Of a stretch of DNA of 64,000 nt, positions 56,910 through 64,000 are shown one piece after another. The translations under genes and the position numbers were made by a program. The notes under the pieces are model-generated. The model was not told the origin of the DNA, did no database searches, and was given only the letters and a program-made list of their open reading frames with translations. Numbering within the stretch: the first letter of the stretch is position 1; the number at the start of each line of letters is the position of its first letter. This stretch comes from Eledone cirrhosa (lineage: Eukaryota), in the NCBI GenBank assembly GCA_964016885.1, contig OZ024751.1:49290001-49354000 (forward strand), in the 5' to 3' direction.

Positions 56910-59900
56910 GAATATAGACATAGAATATTCGAAAATATTCTGTATGTTTATAATAAACATTTTGAAGACCTAATCGCTATAGAATAGAATACGTCACGTA
57001 TTACAATTAGATTCTCGATAAAAGCAAGGGAAGTAATCTACGCGTTTCATTCTCGTTAGAAATCATCAGGACTACATATCCAGTGCTTTTATCGAGAATG
57101 ACACAGCTAGAGACTTATAGAATACTTAGCTGTGTACAGGAACTGGTTTGAAAGAGCGGTTGCCGGTCCGGCGGAAATTAGAAATTGGAATAAATGCTCT
57201 GAAATAGCGATATATATGTGAATATAGACATAGAATATTCGAAAATATTCTGTATGTTTATAATAAACATTTTGAAGACCTAATCGCTATAGAATAGAAT
57301 ACGTCACGTATTACAATTAGATTCTCGATAAAAGCAAGGGAAGTAATCTACGCGTTTCATTCTCGTTAGAAATCATCAGGACTACATATCCAGTGCTTTT
57401 ATCGAGAATGACACAGCTAGAGACTTATAGAATACTTAGCTGTGTACAGGAACTGGTTTGAAAGAGCGGTTGCCGGTCCGGCGGAAATTAGAAATTGGAA
57501 TAAATGCTCTGAAATAGCGATATATATGTGAATATAGACATAGAATATTCGAAAATATTCTGTATGTTTATAATAAACATTTTGAAGACCTAATCGCTAT
57601 AGAATAGAATACGTCACGTATTACAATTAGATTCTCGATAAAAGCAAGGGAAGTAATCTACGCGTTTCATTCTCGTTAGAAATCATCAGGACTACATATC
57701 CAGTGCTTTTATCGAGAATGACACAGCTAGAGACTTATAGAATACTTAGCTGTGTACAGGAACTGGTTTGAAAGAGCGGTTGCCGGTCCGGCGGAAATTA
57801 GAAATTGGAATAAATGCTCTGAAATAGCGATATATATGTGAATATAGACATAGAATATTCGAAAATATTCTGTATGTTTATAATAAACATTTTGAAGACC
57901 TAATCGCTATAGAATAGAATACGTCACGTATTACAATTAGATTCTCGATAAAAGCAAGGGAAGTAATCTACGCGTTTCATTCTCGTTAGAAATCATCAGG
58001 ACTACATATCCAGTGCTTTTATCGAGAATGACACAGCTAGAGACTTATAGAATACTTAGCTGTGTACAGGAACTGGTTTGAAAGAGCGGTTGCCGGTCCG
58101 GCGGAAATTAGAAATTGGAATAAATGCTCTGAAATAGCGATATATATGTGAATATAGACATAGAATATTCGAAAATATTCTGTATGTTTATAATAAACAT
58201 TTTGAAGACCTAATCGCTATAGAATAGAATACGTCACGTATTACAATTAGATTCTCGATAAAAGCAAGGGAAGTAATCTACGCGTTTCATTCTCGTTAGA
58301 AATCATCAGGACTACATATCCAGTGCTTTTATCGAGAATGACACAGCTAGAGACTTATAGAATACTTAGCTGTGTACAGGAACTGGTTTGAAAGAGCGGT
58401 TGCCGGTCCGGCGGAAATTAGAAATTGGAATAAATGCTCTGAAATAGCGATATATATGTGAATATAGACATAGAATATTCGAAAATATTCTGTATGTTTA
58501 TAATAAACATTTTGAAGACCTAATCGCTATAGAATAGAATACGTCACGTATTACAATTAGATTCTCGATAAAAGCAAGGGAAGTAATCTACGCGTTTCAT
58601 TCTCGTTAGAAATCATCAGGACTACATATCCAGTGCTTTTATCGAGAATGACACAGCTAGAGACTTATAGAATACTTAGCTGTGTACAGGAACTGGTTTG
58701 AAAGAGCGGTTGCCGGTCCGGCGGAAATTAGAAATTGGAATAAATGCTCTGAAATAGCGATATATATGTGAATATAGACATAGAATATTCGAAAATATTC
58801 TGTATGTTTATAATAAACATTTTGAAGACCTAATCGCTATAGAATAGAATACGTCACGTATTACAATTAGATTCTCGATAAAAGCAAGGGAAGTAATCTA
58901 CGCGTTTCATTCTCGTTAGAAATCATCAGGACTACATATCCAGTGCTTTTATCGAGAATGACACAGCTAGAGACTTATAGAATACTTAGCTGTGTACAGG
59001 AACTGGTTTGAAAGAGCGGTTGCCGGTCCGGCGGAAATTAGAAATTGGAATAAATGCTCTGAAATAGCGATATATATGTGAATATAGACATAGAATATTC
59101 GAAAATATTCTGTATGTTTATAATAAACATTTTGAAGACCTAATCGCTATAGAATAGAATACGTCACGTATTACAATTAGATTCTCGATAAAAGCAAGGG
59201 AAGTAATCTACGCGTTTCATTCTCGTTAGAAATCATCAGGACTACATATCCAGTGCTTTTATCGAGAATGACACAGCTAGAGACTTATAGAATACTTAGC
59301 TGTGTACAGGAACTGGTTTGAAAGAGCGGTTGCCGGTCCGGCGGAAATTAGAAATTGGAATAAATGCTCTGAAATAGCGATATATATGTGAATATAGACA
59401 TAGAATATTCGAAAATATTCTGTATGTTTATAATAAACATTTTGAAGACCTAATCGCTATAGAATAGAATACGTCACGTATTACAATTAGATTCTCGATA
59501 AAAGCAACTGAAGTAATCTACGCGTTTCATTCTCGTTAGAAATCATCAGGACTACATATCCAGTGCTTTTATCGAGAATGACACAGCTAGAGACTTATAG
59601 AATACTTAGCTGTGTACAGGAACTGGTTTGAAAGAGCGGTTGCCGGTCCGGCGGAAATTAGAAATTGGAATAAATGCTCTGAAATAGCGATATATATGTG
59701 AATATAGACATAGAATATTCGAAAATATTCTGTATGTTTATAATAAACATTTTGAAGACCTAATCGCTATAGAATAGAATACGTCACGTATTACAATTAG
59801 ATTCTCGATAAAAGCAAGGGAAGTAATCTACGCGTTTCATTCTCGTTAGAAATCATCAGGACTACATATCCAGTGCTTTTATCGAGAATGACACAGCTAG

Positions 59901-62154
59901 AGACTTATAGAATACTTAGCTGTGTACAGGAACTGGTTTGAAAGAGCGGTTGCCGGTCCGGCGGAAATTAGAAATTGGAATAAATGCTCTGAAATAGCGA
60001 TATATATGTGAATATAGACATAGAATATTCGAAAATATTCTGTATGTTTATAATAAACATTTTGAAGACCTAATCGCTATAGAATAGAATACGTCACGTA
60101 TTACAATTAGATTCTCGATAAAAGCAAGGGAAGTAATCTACGCGTTTCATTCTCGTTAGAAATCATCAGGACTACATATCCAGTGCTTTTATCGAGAATG
60201 ACACAGCTAGAGACTTATAGAATACTTAGCTGTGTACAGGAACTGGTTTGAAAGAGCGGTTGCCGGTCCGGCGGAAATTAGAAATTGGAATAAATGCTCT
60301 GAAATAGCGATATATATGTGAATATAGACATAGAATATTCGAAAATATTCTGTATGTTTATAATAAACATTTTGAAGACTTAATCGCTATAGAATAGAAT
60401 ACGTCACGTATTACAATTAGATTCTCGATAAAAGCAAGGGAAGTAATCTACGCGTTTCATTCTCGTTAGAAATCATCAGGACTACATATCCAGTGCTTTT
60501 ATCGAGAATGACACAGCTAGAGACTTATAGAATACTTAGCTGTGTACAGGAACTGGTTTGAAAGAGCGGTTGCCGGTCCGGCGGAAATTAGAAATTGGAA
60601 TAAATGCTCTGAAATAGCGATATATATGTGAATATAGACATAGAATATTCGAAAATATTCTGTATGTTTATAATAAACATTTTGAAGACCTAATCGCTAT
60701 AGAATAGAATACGTCACGTATTACAATTAGATTCTCGATAAAAGCAAGGGAAGTAATCTACGCGTTTCATTCTCGTTAGAAATCATCAGGACTACATATC
60801 CAGTGCTTTTATCGAGAATGACACAGCTAGAGACTTATAGAATACTTAGCTGTGTACAGGAACTGGTTTGAAAGAGCGGTTGCCGGTCCGGCGGAAATTA
60901 GAAATTGGAATAAATGCTCTGAAATAGCGATATATATGTGAATATAGACATAGAATATTCGAAAATATTCTGTATGTTTATAATAAACATTTTGAAGACC
61001 TAATCGCTATAGAATAGAATACGTCACGTATTACAATTAGATTCTCGATAAAAGCAAGGGAAGTAATCTACGCGTTTCATTCTCGTTAGAAATCATCAGG
61101 ACTACATATCCAGTGCTTTTATCGAGAATGACACAGCTAGAGACTTATAGAATACTTAGCTGTGTACAGGAACTGGTTTGAAAGAGCGGTTGCCGGTCCG
61201 GCGGAAATTAGAAATTGGAATAAATGCTCTGAAATAGCGATATATATGTGAATATAGACATAGAATATTCGAAAATATTCTGTATGTTTATAATAAACAT
61301 TTTGAAGACCTAATCGCTATAGAATAGAATACGTCACGTATTACAATTAGATTCTCGATAAAAGCAACTGAAGTAATCTACGCGTTTCATTCTCGTTAGA
61401 AATCATCAGGACTACATATCCAGTGCTTTTATCGAGAATGACACAGCTAGAGACTTATAGAATACTTAGCTGTGTACAGGAACTGGTTTGAAAGAGCGGT
61501 TGCCGGTCCGGCGGAAATTAGAAATTGGAATAAATGCTCTGAAATAGCGATATATATGTGAATATAGACATAGAATATTCGAAAATATTCTGTATGTTTA
61601 TAATAAACATTTTGAAGACCTAATCGCTATAGAATAGAATACGTCACGTATTACAATTAGATTCTCGATAAAAGCAAGGGAAGTAATCTACGCGTTTCAT
61701 TCTCGTTAGAAATCATCAGGACTACATATCCAGTGCTTTTATCGAGAATGACACAGCTAGAGACTTATAGAATACTTAGCTGTGTACAGGAACTGGTTTG
61801 AAAGAGCGGTTGCCGGTCCGGCGGAAATTAGAAATTGGAATAAATGCTCTGAAATAGCGATATATATGTGAATATAGACATAGAATATTCGAAAATATTC
61901 TGTATGTTTATAATAAACATTTTGAAGACCTAATCGCTATAGAATAGAATACGTCACGTATTACAATTAGATTCTCGATAAAAGCAAGGGAAGTAATCTA
62001 CGCGTTTCATTCTCGTTAGAAATCATCAGGACTACATATCCAGTGCTTTTATCGAGAATGACACAGCTAGAGACTTATAGAATACTTAGCTGTGTACAGG
62101 AACTGGTTTGAAAGAGCGGTTGCCGGTCCGGCGGAAATTAGAAATTGGAATAAA
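56910..62154 (-). mobile_element. Retrozyme-like tandem array, block 1: 17 x 310-bp monomers, hammerhead on the minus strand
   Basis: aatatagacatag recurs every 310 bp from 56911 to 61871. Units are identical except for a few substitutions (59508-59509, 60380, 61368-61369). Confidence 0.92.
57011..57099 (-). ncRNA. Type I hammerhead ribozyme of monomer 1 (repeats every 310 bp, 17 copies)
   Basis: Minus strand: attctcgataaaagca ctggatat gtagtc-CTGATGA-t ttct aacg agaa t-GAAACGCGTA-gattac ttccct tgcttttatcgagaat. Predicted cleavage between 57039 and 57038. Confidence 0.88.
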
Positions 62155-63157
62155 CATACAGAATATTTTCGAATATTCTATGTCTATATTCACATATATA
62201 TCGCTATTTCAGAGCATTTATTCCAATTTCTAATTTCCGCCGGACCGGCAACCGCTCTTTCAAACCAGTTCCTGTACACAGCTAAGTATTCTATAAGTTT
62301 CTAGCTGTGTCATTCTCGATAAAAGCACTGGATATGTAGTCCTGATGATTTCTAACGAGAATGAAACGCGTAGATTACTTCCCTTGCTTTTATCGAGAAT
62401 CTAATTGTAATACGTGACGTATTCTATTCTATAGCGATTAGGTCTTCAAAATGTTTATTATAAACATACAGAATATTTTCGAATATTCTATGTCTATATT
62501 CACATATATATCGCTATTTCAGAGCATTTATTCCAATTTCTAATTTCCGCCGGACCGGCAACCGCTCTTTCAAACCAGTTCCTGTACACAGCTAAGTATT
62601 CTATAAGTCTCTAGCTGTGTCATTCTCGATAAAAGCACTGGATATGTAGTCCTGATGATTTCTAACGAGAATGAAACGCGTAGATTACTTCCCTTGCTTT
62701 TATCGAGAATCTAATTGTAATACGTGACGTATTCTATTCTATAGCGATTAGGTCTTCAAAATGTTTATTATAAACATACAGAATATTTTCGAATATTCTA
62801 TGTCTATATTCACATATATATCGCTACTTCAGAGCATTTATTCCAATTTCTAATTTCCGCCGGACCGGCAACCGCTCTTTCAAACCAGTTCCTGTACACA
62901 GCTAAGTATTCTATAAGTCTCTAGCTGTGTCATTCTCGATAAAAGCACTGGATATGTAGTCCTGATGATTTCTAACGAGAATGAAACGCGTAGATTACTT
63001 CCCTTGCTTTTATCGAGAATCTAATTGTAATACGTGACGTATTCTATTCTATAGCGATTAGGTCTTCAAAATGTTTATTATAAACATACAGAATATTTTC
63101 GAATATTCTATGTCTATATTCACATATATATCGCTATTTCAGAGCATTTATTCCAAT
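62150..63157 (+). mobile_element. Retrozyme-like tandem array, block 2: ~3.25 inverted monomers, hammerhead on the plus strand
   Basis: taaacatacagaatatt recurs at 62151, 62461, 62771 and 63081. It is the reverse complement of block 1 and ends in (AT)n. Confidence 0.92.
62312..62400 (+). ncRNA. Type I hammerhead ribozyme (also 62622-62710 and 62932-63020)
   Basis: CTGATGA at 62342-62348 and GAAAC at 62363-62367, GUA triplet with predicted cleavage after 62372. Stem I is gtagtc/gattac, with a distal perfect 16-bp helix. Confidence 0.88.
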
Positions 63158-63184
63158 ATATATATATATATATATATATATGAA

Positions 63185-63300
63185 AAAGTAAGTCCTTCAT
63201 CAGTGACCCTCCAACCGTCCTAGGCATTTCATCGCTTTAAGGGCTATATACCTCAGGTTGGTGCGAACAACGGCTAAAAAAAGTCGTTGGGACACGAAAA
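63185..63300 (-). mobile_element. Penelope-like relic, related to 53625-53735
   Basis: Shared gtcc.tcatcagtga...ccaacc.tc...atttcatcgc...atacctcaggttggtgcga.caa...ttgggaca. Confidence 0.5.
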
Positions 63301-63752
63301 TAAAGGGGACGTTAGGGTGAACAAACAAAATGGTTTAAGCAACAGAAAGTGAGAAGAAAGAGACAAGTCCCAGATTTCTATGAATATAAACTCGGTGGAA
63401 TCGTGAACGAGAGAATAAAGACCATCAAACCTGGTTGAAATGTGAGCAAGGAAGGAATTTCGCACAGGTCTAACGGGGGGAAGAAGAAGGGGTCTGGTCT
63501 GCGAATTCGGTAAACATAAGTTCTGTGAAGTTGCAGACGAGAGAGAGAGAGAGAGAAAACAAATTCATACCGGCTTGGCAAAGAGCGCGCGAGAAAAGAA
63601 ATCGGACAGGTCAAACGGGAAGAAAGAGGAGGAAAGAGGAGGAGGAGGAGAGATAGTGACAGAGAATGAGTGAGTGAAAGTTGAGGAGGAGGCTAACAGA
63701 GAGAGAGACTGCTAGAAAGGGTAATTTTACAAAGAACGAAACAGACGGGTGG

Positions 63753-63877
<125 letters not shown>

Positions 63878-64000
63878 GGCGGCCGATCGAACTAGAAACT
63901 GATAAATGTGTGGCCGCCTTCTTGTCTCTCTGCCTTTTCAACCCCATGGATTATATTCCTTTGTTAAATTTGGAATACCTGATGATGTCACCGGATTCAT

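Noticed and set aside
62092-62304. 70-aa ORF across the inversion junction
   Set aside because: Chance product of the inverted junction; the monomer has no long ORF in the supplied track.
56910-63157. CRISPR array or simple satellite interpretation
   Set aside because: There are no unique spacers and no cas genes, and the context is eukaryotic. Whole units are identical, and the hammerhead core explains the structure better.

Overview
AT-rich, microsatellite-saturated animal genomic DNA. The SINE types and repeat landscape resemble an octopod cephalopod (inference). No host protein-coding gene can be supported, and almost all ORFs in the track are translations of (TA)n/(CA)n/(ATT)n/(TTG)n tracts. 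Recognisable content includes a near-complete L1/Tx1-clade LINE on the minus strand (~31.3-37.1 kb; ORF1 zinc knuckle, ORF2 APE-RT-CCHC with a small 3' deletion), R4/Dong-like, RTE and Tc1 relics, and about 15 tRNA-derived SINEs, several with target-site duplications. The standout is a ~6.25-kb array (56910-63157) of a near-identical, highly structured 310-bp monomer. Every complete monomer carries a type I hammerhead ribozyme motif (CUGAUGA...GAAACGCGUA, palindromic minimal stem III): 17 copies on the minus strand, then an inversion and 3 copies on the plus strand. This fits a non-LTR retrozyme or circular-RNA retroelement. At least four other loci carry recognisable hammerheads and several more carry truncated ones, mostly in Penelope-like foldbacks. 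They share the same architecture, with sense strands pointing outward into (TA)n. All ribozyme calls come from reading motifs and base pairing by eye; no folding or database search was run.
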